This document shows, in pieces, positions 38,728-48,354 of a stretch of 64,000 bases of DNA. The DNA is taken from positions 124,125-188,124 of the forward strand of contig CAYRUV010000001.1 in NCBI GenBank assembly GCA_964427715.1, in the 5' to 3' direction. The notes below the pieces were generated by a model. That model made no database searches. It saw nothing but the letters and a program-made list of their open reading frames with translations, and was not told the DNA's origin. Numbering within the stretch: position 1 is the stretch's first letter; every line of letters begins with the position of its first letter. Source of the stretch: an uncultured archaeon (lineage in GTDB: Archaea > Iainarchaeota > Iainarchaeia > Iainarchaeales > VGJJ01). The translations under genes were made by a program, and so were the position numbers.

Positions 38728-39429
38728 ATGCGTCTCGTCTCCTTGTTTTCAGGTGGAAAGGACTCCACGTATGCCACACACTTGGCGAAATGGTCCGGCC
38801 ACGAGATTGTGTGTTTGCTATCCATGAAACCCGTGGATGCCGACTCCTACATGTTCCACACGCCCAACATTGATGCGACTGCATTGCAGGCCGAGGCGAT
38901 GGGCATTCCACTCGTGAGGGTGTACACGAAGGGAGAAAAAGAGAAAGAATTAGTGGAGCTCAAGGATGCCCTGCGTGAATTGAAAAAATCTGCGAAGATT
39001 GAAGGGGTTATCACGGGGGCGGTTTCCTCCGTGTATCAAGCCTCTCGGATTGAGCGCATCTGTCACGAGCTAGATTTGTACTGTTTCAACCCTCTCTGGC
39101 TATCCAAGCCCGAGGCGCATTGGCATGAGTTGCTATTGAATGGTATGGAGATCGTTTTAGTGCGGGTCGCCGCGCAGGGACTCGACAAGAAGTGGTTGGG
39201 CCGAACAATGGACATTCCTTCCATTCTTGCATTGCAAAATATGCACCATCATGGAGTGAGTTCGATTGGGGAAGGGGGAGAATTCGAATCCTTCGTCTGC
39301 GATGCTCCTCTGTTCAAGAAAAAAATAGTTATCGAGAAATACAAGGATGAATGGAAAGGAATGCAGGGTACGAGGCACATCCTGAAAGCCAAGCTGGTCG
39401 ATAAATCAGCGGGGAAGGGATTGAAATGA
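38728..39429 (+). CDS. dph6: diphthine--ammonia ligase (Dph6/DUF71 PP-loop ATPase)
   Basis: LFSGGKDS, SYMFH, GAVSSVYQ, PLW, GEGGEFESFV. Confidence 0.9.
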   Translation: MRLVSLFSGGKDSTYATHLAKWSGHEIVCLLSMKPVDADSYMFHTPNIDATALQAEAMGIPLVRVYTKGEKEKELVELKDALRELKKSAKIEGVITGAVSSVYQASRIERICHELDLYCFNPLWLSKPEAHWHELLLNGMEIVLVRVAAQGLDKKWLGRTMDIPSILALQNMHHHGVSSIGEGGEFESFVCDAPLFKKKIVIEKYKDEWKGMQGTRHILKAKLVDKSAGKGLK

Positions 39430-40013
39430 ACCTCCATTCCCATGTGTTAGTGGTGGATTGCTCGGATCGTGATGATTTATTGACGCGTCGCCAGTTTGTG
39501 TGGCCGATTCAGCGAAACATTCATGGATTGTCCTCCTCGATTCATCTCTCCAAATTCTCCAAGTCTTCCTTGAAGGGATTCGACGCAGTGATTTTCTCCG
39601 GCTGCACCCTCAAGGATAATGCCTTTGTTTCGCATGCGAAAAATCTCGGGTGGTTAAAGGAAGCTGGAATTCCCCTGCTGGGTATTTGTGCAGGTCATGA
39701 GTTGCTGGGGATTGTTTTTGGTGGAAAACTGGAACGATTGAAGGTCCCCGTGATTGGGATGGAAACCGTGAAGGTGGATGGGAGGAAAGCCCATGGGTTG
39801 CATTTGGAGGAAGGAGTGTTCTCCGCGTATCACTTGAATGGAAATGCCGTGTCTCTCCCGAAGGGATTCATGGGGGTGGGTCAATCCACGCGGGTGAAGA
39901 ATGAGATAATGATTCATCCCGAGTTGAAAGTGGTGGGGTTCCAATTCCATCCCGAATACATCCACGGAAAGTTCATTCAATCATTCATTTACTGGGCCGA
40001 GAAAAAGAACTAG
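39426..40013 (+). CDS. class I glutamine amidotransferase domain protein
   Basis: IFSG, LGICAGHE (nucleophile Cys), FQFHPE (His-Glu); ATGA overlap with dph6. Confidence 0.85.
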   Translation: MNLHSHVLVVDCSDRDDLLTRRQFVWPIQRNIHGLSSSIHLSKFSKSSLKGFDAVIFSGCTLKDNAFVSHAKNLGWLKEAGIPLLGICAGHELLGIVFGGKLERLKVPVIGMETVKVDGRKAHGLHLEEGVFSAYHLNGNAVSLPKGFMGVGQSTRVKNEIMIHPELKVVGFQFHPEYIHGKFIQSFIYWAEKKN

Positions 40014-40987
40014 CACGTTCCGCTAGAGGGCCAGACTTGGTAGGCGAATTGAGGAGTTCCACTCTCAGGGTCATAATATCCGCCGCCCGTAAGAGGGGAT
40101 TCTTTCTCCCATATTTCTCGGCAGTTGAATGCAAATCCACACCCTGTGCAGAATGACTTTTTCCGGCACACTTTATCGATGCCATCGAATTGGGCGCTTT
40201 CTTTCGTGATTAAATCTCTCTGGCAGAGCTGGGCGTTGATTCCTGTGAGGACCAATTCGTGTGTCTCCTCATCAAACCCTCCTCCTTCAGAGTGGGCCTT
40301 CAGGATGAGCTGGAATGTTCCAATGGTGGTGAGGGAAAGAGACACGTTCACGTTCTGGGAATCTCCCGATTCGAGGGAAGGGATGGTGGTTTCTATTTTT
40401 TGGATCTCAATGGGTTTATTCTTCCCCGCGACGATTTGGTTTTGTAGGAGTGTTGCGGTGAAGATAACATTCTCCGCCTCCACTCCTCCGATGTTGTGGA
40501 TGGTGGTCTGGATGGGGTATTCGGTGGTTCCTTGCAGGGCGAATGGACTCGTTGCGAGGGTGTTTTCCATTTCCAATTGCGCGGGTTCTTTTCCGATGTA
40601 AAGTATACACGCGTGCAGCTCGTTGAGCGTCTCGCACCTTGCGGAGAGGGTGGTTTTGATTCCCTGGTTAATTCGGATGCGATCCCCTGTGACGGAGAGG
40701 GAATAGGGGCATGATTCAAGAGAGGGGCAGCAGTTCTCTCCTGAGCAGGCGAAGGATACGTTGCGCGTGGTCGCATCGAGGTTACGAGCGTAAATCGTGT
40801 CGCCTTCTTTCAAAGTAAGAGTGACCGACGAGGTTTTTCCTAGGGATGCTTGGGCCTCCAACAATAATGCGGGGGCGTGCTTCGCAAGGGCCGTTTGGGG
40901 GGTGAAAAATGAGGCGAAGTTAAAGAAAAAAACCCCTATCAGGGCGATGGCCACAATGGCCACGAGGAGAAGATTGAACACGTTCAT
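40010..40987 (-). CDS. membrane-anchored CARDB/Ig-like Cys-rich surface protein
   Basis: N-terminal TM; TTIHNIGGVEAENV, IPSLESGDSQNV; several Cys pairs; ATGA start at 40987. Confidence 0.7.
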   Translation of the reverse strand: MNVFNLLLVAIVAIALIGVFFFNFASFFTPQTALAKHAPALLLEAQASLGKTSSVTLTLKEGDTIYARNLDATTRNVSFACSGENCCPSLESCPYSLSVTGDRIRINQGIKTTLSARCETLNELHACILYIGKEPAQLEMENTLATSPFALQGTTEYPIQTTIHNIGGVEAENVIFTATLLQNQIVAGKNKPIEIQKIETTIPSLESGDSQNVNVSLSLTTIGTFQLILKAHSEGGGFDEETHELVLTGINAQLCQRDLITKESAQFDGIDKVCRKKSFCTGCGFAFNCREIWEKESPLTGGGYYDPESGTPQFAYQVWPSSGTC

Positions 40988-41226
40988 CGTTTGAATCCCC
41001 ATTTGTATTGGAGCATGAGAAGTTTCTTGAGTACGAAGGCAATAATGAGGCCGAACGCCGTGACCACGATCAAGTCTTCCCAATCTCCCGTGCGCAGGAA
41101 GTAGAGTCGTTGCTTGATGACAAACTCATCGATGGCCAAAAGAAAAATGACCACCAGTCCAAACGCCAGGATGAATAATCCGATGCGCATGAATTGGCTC
41201 AGTATGCGGATGAGGGTATTCTTCAT
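40984..41226 (-). CDS. small 2-TM membrane protein
   Basis: Two hydrophobic helices; overlaps the lig stop and the next start. Confidence 0.6.
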   Translation of the reverse strand: MKNTLIRILSQFMRIGLFILAFGLVVIFLLAIDEFVIKQRLYFLRTGDWEDLIVVTAFGLIIAFVLKKLLMLQYKWGFKR

Positions 41227-43061
41227 TCCCTTCCCTCCACCTTGACGCGCTTCTGCTCGTTGTACATGTCCAATATCTCTTTCACACTCGTGGCCTGCTC
41301 CGGAGTCTTATCGTTGCGCAATTTAAGGATACGGGGGAAGCGTAAGGCGTATCCCGTGCCCGTTTCCCTTCCGGCGGTGTGCATGGGTGATTGGGTGATT
41401 TCATCGGCACGAACTTCGACCACAAACTTTGGGGTGACCCACTCATGGGGGGTTACTTCGCTGTCCACCCGTGCGGGCTTGTGGGAGACGCGGTGTTTCA
41501 TGAGTAAATCATATAGTTCCTGGAGCATTTGCTCCGAGAATCCTGTTCCAATCCGGGTGATGGATTTGAACTCATCTCGTTCTTCATCATATACTCCAGC
41601 CAGTAATCCTCCCAATCCGAATTCGGTTCGTTTTCCTTTTCCTTTGTAGAATCCTAATATGACCAAATCTACGGAGTCTTGCAGCTCTCCCTTGTACGAG
41701 CGCTTGAGCTTAATCCACGCGAATTTTCTCGCCCCGGCAATGTAGGGGGCGTTCAAGTCCTTGCACACAATTCCTTCCAATCCTGCGGATACGTTTTCGT
41801 TGAAGAATCGGTCAATATCCTTGGGTTGATCCGTGATGATGCTCTTAGTCGACTCGATGAGTCCCTTTCCTTGGACCAAGGAGGAGAGTATTTTCCTTCG
41901 TTCGTGGAAGGGTTTTCCCATGACGTTTTTTCCGTCCATGTACATGACGTCAAACAGGAATAGTTTGAGGGGCAATTCTTTTGCTTTCTCCTCGATGTCA
42001 TATTTTCGTTTTCGCTGGATGGTGATTTGGAAGGGGAAGAATTCGTTGGTTTCTTCATTGACAGCCAGGGCTTCTCCCTCCACAATGCATTCCTTGGATT
42101 TGAGTTCCTTCCTCGCGGCCTCTACAATTTCGGGGAACATATCGGTCATGCTTTCGAGGTTCCGGGAGAATATCGTGATGGTGTTTCCTTTCTTGTGGAC
42201 TTGGACGCGGAACCCATCATATTTGGCTTCCACCATACACTTTCCCAGCTTTTCGATGATGTCTTTGGAGAACGGAAGCCTTTCCGCTAATGTTGGGCGT
42301 ATGGGCACACCCGGTTCGAGGTCGATTTTATCCAATCCTTTGAGTCCATGTTCCGTTAGGAGGGTAGCCACGTATCCCAGGTCGGAATGGATATTGTATT
42401 TGGCTTCGATTTGTTCGCGGAGTTTGGTTCGAAGTTTTCTTTCCTTCTCTTCGTCGCTCTTCTTAGTGATTTTATCTTCAATCTCCTGGATAAGTTTGGG
42501 GTTTTGTTTGGTGAATTCTTTTAGGTGAACTTGGGCCAGAGCATCCATGAGGGTCGGGTCTCCCACCCCCAATCGCAATGCACCGAGTGCGAATCGCGTG
42601 ACGAATTTTCCCTCATTAGGTGTAGATGCGTTGAGGAGCTCGGCGAGAAGGCGGATTTTGGTTTCCTGGGTTCCTTCTCCTGTTTGCGTGGCGAGCTTCA
42701 TGAAGTTTTCATGCACTTTCTTCACCGAGAGGGTTTGCTTCACGAGTGCTTGTTGGGTTTTTTTCTCCAGGAATTCAGCGGCCGTTTGTCCGAGGTCTCC
42801 GGTCTTCTTGAATTTTTTCTCCACATCTTCTTTGGAATATCCGGTGGCTTTTCCGATGGCTTGAATAACAAACTTTTCTCCGAGTCCCGTTTCTAAATTC
42901 TCATACGCGGGGGCGAGTCGTCCTTGTAATAAGTAAATAACATTCCGCATGTCCTCGGCTGGAGTCTTATCAAAGAGTGCGGCGAGCTGAATAGTCATGT
43001 CCAGTCGCTTGGTTGTTTTCTCGATTTGATCGAAGGCCTCGGCCACGGGTTCGAATCGCAT
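41223..43061 (-). CDS. lig: ATP-dependent DNA ligase (archaeal)
   Basis: DNA-binding domain, EAKYDGFRVQ, EGEA, LFDVM, EGIVCK, WIKLK, ALRFPR. Confidence 0.96.
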   Translation of the reverse strand: MRFEPVAEAFDQIEKTTKRLDMTIQLAALFDKTPAEDMRNVIYLLQGRLAPAYENLETGLGEKFVIQAIGKATGYSKEDVEKKFKKTGDLGQTAAEFLEKKTQQALVKQTLSVKKVHENFMKLATQTGEGTQETKIRLLAELLNASTPNEGKFVTRFALGALRLGVGDPTLMDALAQVHLKEFTKQNPKLIQEIEDKITKKSDEEKERKLRTKLREQIEAKYNIHSDLGYVATLLTEHGLKGLDKIDLEPGVPIRPTLAERLPFSKDIIEKLGKCMVEAKYDGFRVQVHKKGNTITIFSRNLESMTDMFPEIVEAARKELKSKECIVEGEALAVNEETNEFFPFQITIQRKRKYDIEEKAKELPLKLFLFDVMYMDGKNVMGKPFHERRKILSSLVQGKGLIESTKSIITDQPKDIDRFFNENVSAGLEGIVCKDLNAPYIAGARKFAWIKLKRSYKGELQDSVDLVILGFYKGKGKRTEFGLGGLLAGVYDEERDEFKSITRIGTGFSEQMLQELYDLLMKHRVSHKPARVDSEVTPHEWVTPKFVVEVRADEITQSPMHTAGRETGTGYALRFPRILKLRNDKTPEQATSVKEILDMYNEQKRVKVEGRE

Positions 43062-43106
43062 AGGCTAAGGGACGCGAAACGGGCTTTTAATGGTTGATTG
43101 GGGGAA

Positions 43107-43568
43107 CTAGCCGAACATTCGTTCGAGTGCCGAGCGGAAGGGGTGTTTTCTCTCTCGAATCACGAGTCCGTGTTTGGAGGCAAAGTGTCGGGCGTGCCAG
43201 GACACAGGGGCGTCTAATTCCACTTCTCTCAGCATGTGGGGTTTGGCCGTTCGGGCGCTGGTCGGGCGTATTTCGATTCCTTTGCTTTTCAATTCTCCTA
43301 ATGCTTCCCAGTGTTCAATCAAGGCCTGTTCCGGGACCTCTTGCAACAATTTTTCAGGGATGTGGGCGGAGTGCGTGTGGATGACGGCTTTGGGGATCAA
43401 CACCGCATGCTTGAGTGCGCGTAATGCTCGCTTGGCGCGGTAGAATCGTTCCCTATGTTCAGGGTGGTGGAGCGTGTGGGCTTTTGGTTGGGTGTGGGTT
43501 CGAGTCTTGGCTCGGGCTCCTCGTTTGGCGGCTCTTTTCTTGGTTTTGGATTCACGTTTGGAACTCAT
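43107..43568 (-). CDS. basic His/Arg-rich hypothetical protein
   Basis: Start MSSKRESK at 43568 (a longer start would overlap tRNA-Pro); TTTAAA about 22 nt upstream. Confidence 0.6.
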   Translation of the reverse strand: MSSKRESKTKKRAAKRGARAKTRTHTQPKAHTLHHPEHRERFYRAKRALRALKHAVLIPKAVIHTHSAHIPEKLLQEVPEQALIEHWEALGELKSKGIEIRPTSARTAKPHMLREVELDAPVSWHARHFASKHGLVIRERKHPFRSALERMFG

Positions 43569-43648
43569 ATTGGTTGCAAAATTTTGGGGTTTAAAAACAC
43601 ATTCCCTGGTTTTTCCTATATCTTCGGACACATGTTCGGGGTATTTTT

Positions 43649-43721
43649 GGGGGAGTAGTATAGCCTGGTAGTATACCACCTTGGGGTGGTGGCGACCCCG
43701 GTTCAAATCCGGGCTCTCCCG
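43649..43721 (+). tRNA. tRNA-Pro(GGG)
   Basis: GGGGGAG/CTCTCCC-G; CCACC-TT GGG GT-GGTGG; CCCGG-TTCAAAT-CCGGG. Confidence 0.93.
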
Positions 43722-43807
43722 TTTCTTTTTTTTCTATTCCGCGGACCATTTTTTTGGGGGGTCGCAAGGCCTGATATTTAAGGTAAACGTGGGACTATTT
43801 GCCTGGT

Positions 43808-45253
43808 ATGGCTGCTGAAAAGGTTCCCAAGCTGGTGGGGATTACTGTCAAGAAGTCCGAGGACTTGTCGGAGTGGTACACGCAGGTTGTGCAGAAGGCC
43901 GAGCTGGCCGATTATGCACCTGTGCACGGATTCATGATTATCCGCCCACACGGCATGATGATGTGGGAAGGGATTCAACATTTTTTGGACACCAATGTCA
44001 AGAAGCGCGGCGTGCAGAATGCGTATTTTCCCTTGTTGATTCCGGAGTCTTTCTTCCGTAAAGAAGCCGAACACGCCGAAGGATTCGCTCCCGAAGTGGC
44101 GTGGATTGAGCAGGAAGAAGGGAATGAAGAGCGCCTCGCGATTCGCCCCACCAGTGAAACCATGATTTGTGATTCCTTTTCCAAGTGGGTCCGCTCGCAC
44201 CGCGACCTTCCGTTGAAAGTGAACCAGTGGTGTAACGTTGTGCGGTGGGAAATCAAGATGACGAAACCCTTCTTGCGTACACGTGAGTTTTTGTGGCAAG
44301 AAGGACACTGCCTGTATGCGTCCCACCAAGAGGAGTGGCAGGACACCCTGTACTTCTTGGAAGAATACCAAAAGGTCATGCAGGATTTGCTCGCGATTCC
44401 GGTGATTCCAGGAAAAAAAACTGAAGCCGAGAAGTTCGCCGGGGCTAACACGACTCTTACCGTAGAAGCGTGGATGCCGGATGGAAAAGCCCTACAGAGT
44501 GCCACCTCCCATGACTTAGGACAGAATTTCGCCAAGGCATTCAATATTTCTTTTTCAGGAGAAGATGAGAAGCCTCACTTTCCGTATCAGAATTCGTGGG
44601 GAATGTCCACGCGCACGATTGGGGCGATCATCATGGTCCACGGAGACGACAAGGGATTGGTCTTGCCTCCGCGCTTGGCACGAAACAAAGTGGTTATCGT
44701 GCCAATTCTTTTCGAGCAGACCAAACAGGTTGTGCTGGATGGTTCGCGCAAGCTCGCCAAGGAGTTAGAGAAGTTTGGCGTGGTGGTGGATGAACGTGAG
44801 CAATACTCGGCCGGGTGGAAGTTTAACGAGTGGGAATTGAAGGGAATTCCTCTGCGTATCGAAATCGGCCCGCGCGACTTGGGACAGAACCAATGCGTTC
44901 TGGTTCGACGCGACACGGGGGAGAAGAAGATTCTCCCGTTGCACGGGATTGAGAAAGCCATCGAGCATGAACTAGAGGCCATGCATCATGCCATGTTCAA
45001 TAAAGCAAAGGCGTGGTTGGACTCCAACATCGTCGATGTGAAGACCATGCGGGAATTTGACCACGCGTTGGAGCAGCGCAAGATCATCCGGATGTTGTTT
45101 TGCGGCACGAAAGAATGTGAAAAGGAAATCAAGGATAAGACCACAGCTGGAACCCGTTGTATTCCCTTGAGTGAGAAACCCGTGAAGGGCGGTCTGTGCG
45201 TGCAGTGCGGGAAGCACGCGGAATGGCATACGTTGTTCTCGAAGTCCTACTAG
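43808..45253 (+). CDS. proS: proline--tRNA ligase, archaeal/eukaryal type
   Basis: SEWYTQVV, RPTSET, NQWCNVVRWE, FLWQEGH, QNSWGMSTR, GIPLRIEIGPRD, C-terminal Cys motif. Confidence 0.96.
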   Translation: MAAEKVPKLVGITVKKSEDLSEWYTQVVQKAELADYAPVHGFMIIRPHGMMMWEGIQHFLDTNVKKRGVQNAYFPLLIPESFFRKEAEHAEGFAPEVAWIEQEEGNEERLAIRPTSETMICDSFSKWVRSHRDLPLKVNQWCNVVRWEIKMTKPFLRTREFLWQEGHCLYASHQEEWQDTLYFLEEYQKVMQDLLAIPVIPGKKTEAEKFAGANTTLTVEAWMPDGKALQSATSHDLGQNFAKAFNISFSGEDEKPHFPYQNSWGMSTRTIGAIIMVHGDDKGLVLPPRLARNKVVIVPILFEQTKQVVLDGSRKLAKELEKFGVVVDEREQYSAGWKFNEWELKGIPLRIEIGPRDLGQNQCVLVRRDTGEKKILPLHGIEKAIEHELEAMHHAMFNKAKAWLDSNIVDVKTMREFDHALEQRKIIRMLFCGTKECEKEIKDKTTAGTRCIPLSEKPVKGGLCVQCGKHAEWHTLFSKSY

Positions 45254-45693
45254 TCGAGGACTTTCTCCCACATTTCGGCTTTCTTCCCATCGACTCTTCG
45301 GGGGTGGATCTTCTTGAATGTGAATCCATCTTCGGCGTACACCCTCTTGGCACGGGTGTTAGTTGCTTGTACGAGTAGGAAGATGGTTTTCATCTTCTTC
45401 TGGCGCGCCCATTTCTCTCCTTCCTTCATGAGGGCTTGGGCGGTTCCTTTTCCTCGATGGGAGGGCTTCACCACAATTCCATTTAATCGTACGGCTTTCT
45501 TTTTGGGGTCCGCGATTTGGTATTCGGCGAACCCGGTAAATACGCCCCGATCTTCACTCTTCAAGAAATAGAAGTCCTTCCGCTTGATGCGCTGTTCGAT
45601 TCGGTCGAATTGCATTTGGGTATACGGAAAATATTCCAGGATGAGCGGGAGGATGTCCGGGATATCGTATTCGCTCGCGCGGAGAATAGGCAT
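45250..45693 (-). CDS. GNAT-family acetyltransferase
   Basis: VVKPSHRGKGTAQALM, N..A...Y...GF. Confidence 0.85.
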   Translation of the reverse strand: MPILRASEYDIPDILPLILEYFPYTQMQFDRIEQRIKRKDFYFLKSEDRGVFTGFAEYQIADPKKKAVRLNGIVVKPSHRGKGTAQALMKEGEKWARQKKMKTIFLLVQATNTRAKRVYAEDGFTFKKIHPRRVDGKKAEMWEKVLD

Positions 45694-45733
45694 GGAGAAA
45701 TGGATTCGGTTGTAGAATAAAATGAAGTAAGAG

Positions 45734-45806
45734 TGGGGTCACAGGGATTTGAACCCTGATCTAAAGCTCTGGAGGCTTTTGTGTTACCAGGTTGCACCAT
45801 GACCCC
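45734..45806 (-). tRNA. tRNA-Trp(CCA), intron-less
   Basis: GGGGTCA/TGACCCC-A; AAAGC-CT CCA GA-GCTTT. Confidence 0.94.
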
Positions 45807-45871
45807 AACCCAGGACGTACTAAAACGTACATCGGAGGGATTATAACCTATAATGGGTTTTTTCGGCTCAT

Positions 45872-47155
45872 ATGCGATACGTATGGGTGGTTTTGGCCCT
45901 CGTCCTGCTGTTGATTCCCGCGTGGGGTCTCCAGGCGTTTGATGCGGAAAGCACGCTTGTGCAGGGGAACTATTTGGAGCCCAATGAGAAGGCCGCCGTG
46001 TTCAAATCCCTCCCACAAAAGAGCGGCACATCCACATATTGGTCCGTTTCGATTCTCCAGAACGACTCCCTCAAGACCATCATTCCTATTTCAGATAAGG
46101 ATGGAAAATTGATAGAGAAGGGTTCCCTGCGCACGAACCTTATTTCGGCCAACCTCTTGGTGCAGCGATTATCCTTGCTGAAGACCCAAACAAACTGGCT
46201 CGTGTCTCTTCCCACCGTCAACAAACTCGAGGAGTTGGCCAATGCGGTGGAGAATGAAAAGTTTGACGTGGACATCGTCTCGCAGACGGTTACCAAAACT
46301 TCCTTGAAGGGAGACGTGGGCGTGTTGAAGGGAAAATTGGAGACGATGGCGAACGACTTACGAGGGATTGCCGAGGACATCAAGACGTTGAGTGAACAAG
46401 AAACCGCCTTCCTGAATGTTTCCATTGACACGAGTGTGGTGAATGGGATTGGCTCCTCCTACGCTGACATATTCGATGCGATTGACGCCCAAAAGGATGA
46501 AGCGGCAGAGTATGATCAGCAAATCTCAAAAGTGAAGAATCAGATTGCCTCGGACACCTCGCTGGATACCCAGACCAAGTCGCAGTTGTTGGGATTGTTA
46601 TCCCCTTTGGGTCCGAATCAAACCCTTACGAGCGCCCTTTCCCCGTATGCGGATTCCGCCGCGGAGAATGAGCAGCGCGTATCCGTGGAGATTGCGGGGA
46701 TTCCTACGAAAGTAAGTGCGTTGGAAGCCGAAGCCGATGCGCGGGTGTTACGTTCGGCGGCCTATGCGGGATTGTATGGTTTGGATGTTTCTTTTCAGAA
46801 ATCCACGGGATTTGATTCTCTCTCCCAAGGAGCATTAACTTTGCTGGCGGAAGAAAACATCTACCGCTGGAACGACCAAGTAAATATTCAGAATTTGAGT
46901 GGTGCGTGGGAGAATGCAGAGAATGCGTATGCGAAGAAGCAGTATGCTGCAGCGCTGGAATTATCCTCGAAAGGGAAAGGATTAGTGAAGACCATCAAGG
47001 GCGCGGGTATCGAAGAGAGTGTGGATCCCAACGCGCAGGCCACCGATACGCTCATCACCGGACTCGCGTATGTTCTGGTGGGAGTCGCCATCATTGTGGG
47101 GGGACGTAAATTAATGGAGATGACGAAAGTAAAGCAGACGGATGAGAACGAGTAA
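45872..47155 (+). CDS. exported coiled-coil protein with C-terminal membrane anchor
   Basis: Sec-type signal peptide, long helical heptad region, TM near the C-terminus. Confidence 0.75.
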   Translation: MRYVWVVLALVLLLIPAWGLQAFDAESTLVQGNYLEPNEKAAVFKSLPQKSGTSTYWSVSILQNDSLKTIIPISDKDGKLIEKGSLRTNLISANLLVQRLSLLKTQTNWLVSLPTVNKLEELANAVENEKFDVDIVSQTVTKTSLKGDVGVLKGKLETMANDLRGIAEDIKTLSEQETAFLNVSIDTSVVNGIGSSYADIFDAIDAQKDEAAEYDQQISKVKNQIASDTSLDTQTKSQLLGLLSPLGPNQTLTSALSPYADSAAENEQRVSVEIAGIPTKVSALEAEADARVLRSAAYAGLYGLDVSFQKSTGFDSLSQGALTLLAEENIYRWNDQVNIQNLSGAWENAENAYAKKQYAAALELSSKGKGLVKTIKGAGIEESVDPNAQATDTLITGLAYVLVGVAIIVGGRKLMEMTKVKQTDENE

Positions 47156-47180
47156 ATAGATCTATTTTCGCTTTTTTTTT

Positions 47181-48314
47181 TCACCAATTGAACTCGATGA
47201 TATCCCCGTCTTGGACGAGGTAGTCCTTGGCGACGCGTTGCCCATCGAACTTGGCACTGCCCCATATTTTGGCGTATTTGAAATTCTGCACGATGTCCTT
47301 GTGGACGAGTGCGGCCACATCTAACACATTGGATCCCTTATTCACAATCAATGGGATCGTTGCGGCTTCTTGTCCGGGCTTCTTGGTGTACACGTACACT
47401 TTGTCCAATACTTCAAACAGCAAGTCCAGCGCGACCTTCTTCTGCTCGGGGGTATTCTCCCACGTGTACATGACCATTCCCTTTTCTCGCTTCACTTCCG
47501 CGTGCTTGGTGCTTTTCATCAGTACAATCATGCAGCGCTTATACTCGAGGGTTTCGTCCATGACTTCTTCGATGGTTTCGAGGGTCGTGGGTTCGCGCAG
47601 GATGACTTGGACGTTGTGCATCCCCTTGGCTTTTAGGTGCTCGACCAGCTGCTCTTGAGGAATCTTCAAAAATTCTTTTCCCGTGAGAGAGAACCCCGGG
47701 AATGAGGAGGGGGTGACGCTGATGTTGGGCTTTTTTCGATTGAGAAGTATCCCGGAGAGTTCGAGTTCGTTCTTGAGGAGCAAATATTCGTTCGCCGCGT
47801 TCTGTGCACTCACCACGAAGACAATGGCATCGGCGTTGCGCACCACGGCGAGTATTTCTCGTCCGTTCATTTTCCCTTCGGCGCTTCCTTCGGTAATGGG
47901 GGGCAAATCCACGAGTTGGATCTTCGCACCCTTGAAATCGATCATACCCACATCTGGAAGAGTAGTGGTGAATTCGTAATCCCCTACCAATCCATTCAAT
48001 CCGGTCATGGCGTTGAAGAAGGTGGTCTTTCCCGAGTTGGGCACTCCCACCAATACGATTTGTCCGGCGCCATCCTTCTTGACGGCAATGGAGGGTCCTC
48101 CTCCTTTTTTGGAAGCTTGAGTCTTTTCCTTTTCGATTTCGAGTTTGATCCGAACGATCTTTTTCGTGATCTCATTCTTCATGTTCTCGGCGCCCTTGTG
48201 GGTGGGGCACTGGGATTTCATCTCTTCGAGTGCGGCCAGCTTCTCTGCGTTTGTCTTGGCCTGCTCGTACTTGGCCAGGGCATTGGCGTATTCGATCGAG
48301 ACGTTGGTGGTCAT
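47181..48314 (-). CDS. DRG/OBG-family GTP-binding protein with TGS domain
   Basis: GVPNSGKT, YEFTT, DLPP (G3 variant), VYTKKPG, YAKIWGS..FDGQRV, LVQDGDIIEF. Confidence 0.88.
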   Translation of the reverse strand: MTTNVSIEYANALAKYEQAKTNAEKLAALEEMKSQCPTHKGAENMKNEITKKIVRIKLEIEKEKTQASKKGGGPSIAVKKDGAGQIVLVGVPNSGKTTFFNAMTGLNGLVGDYEFTTTLPDVGMIDFKGAKIQLVDLPPITEGSAEGKMNGREILAVVRNADAIVFVVSAQNAANEYLLLKNELELSGILLNRKKPNISVTPSSFPGFSLTGKEFLKIPQEQLVEHLKAKGMHNVQVILREPTTLETIEEVMDETLEYKRCMIVLMKSTKHAEVKREKGMVMYTWENTPEQKKVALDLLFEVLDKVYVYTKKPGQEAATIPLIVNKGSNVLDVAALVHKDIVQNFKYAKIWGSAKFDGQRVAKDYLVQDGDIIEFNW

Positions 48315-48354
48315 GCGGAATGATTACTCCTTGGGGGGATTATTTAATGCCTCT

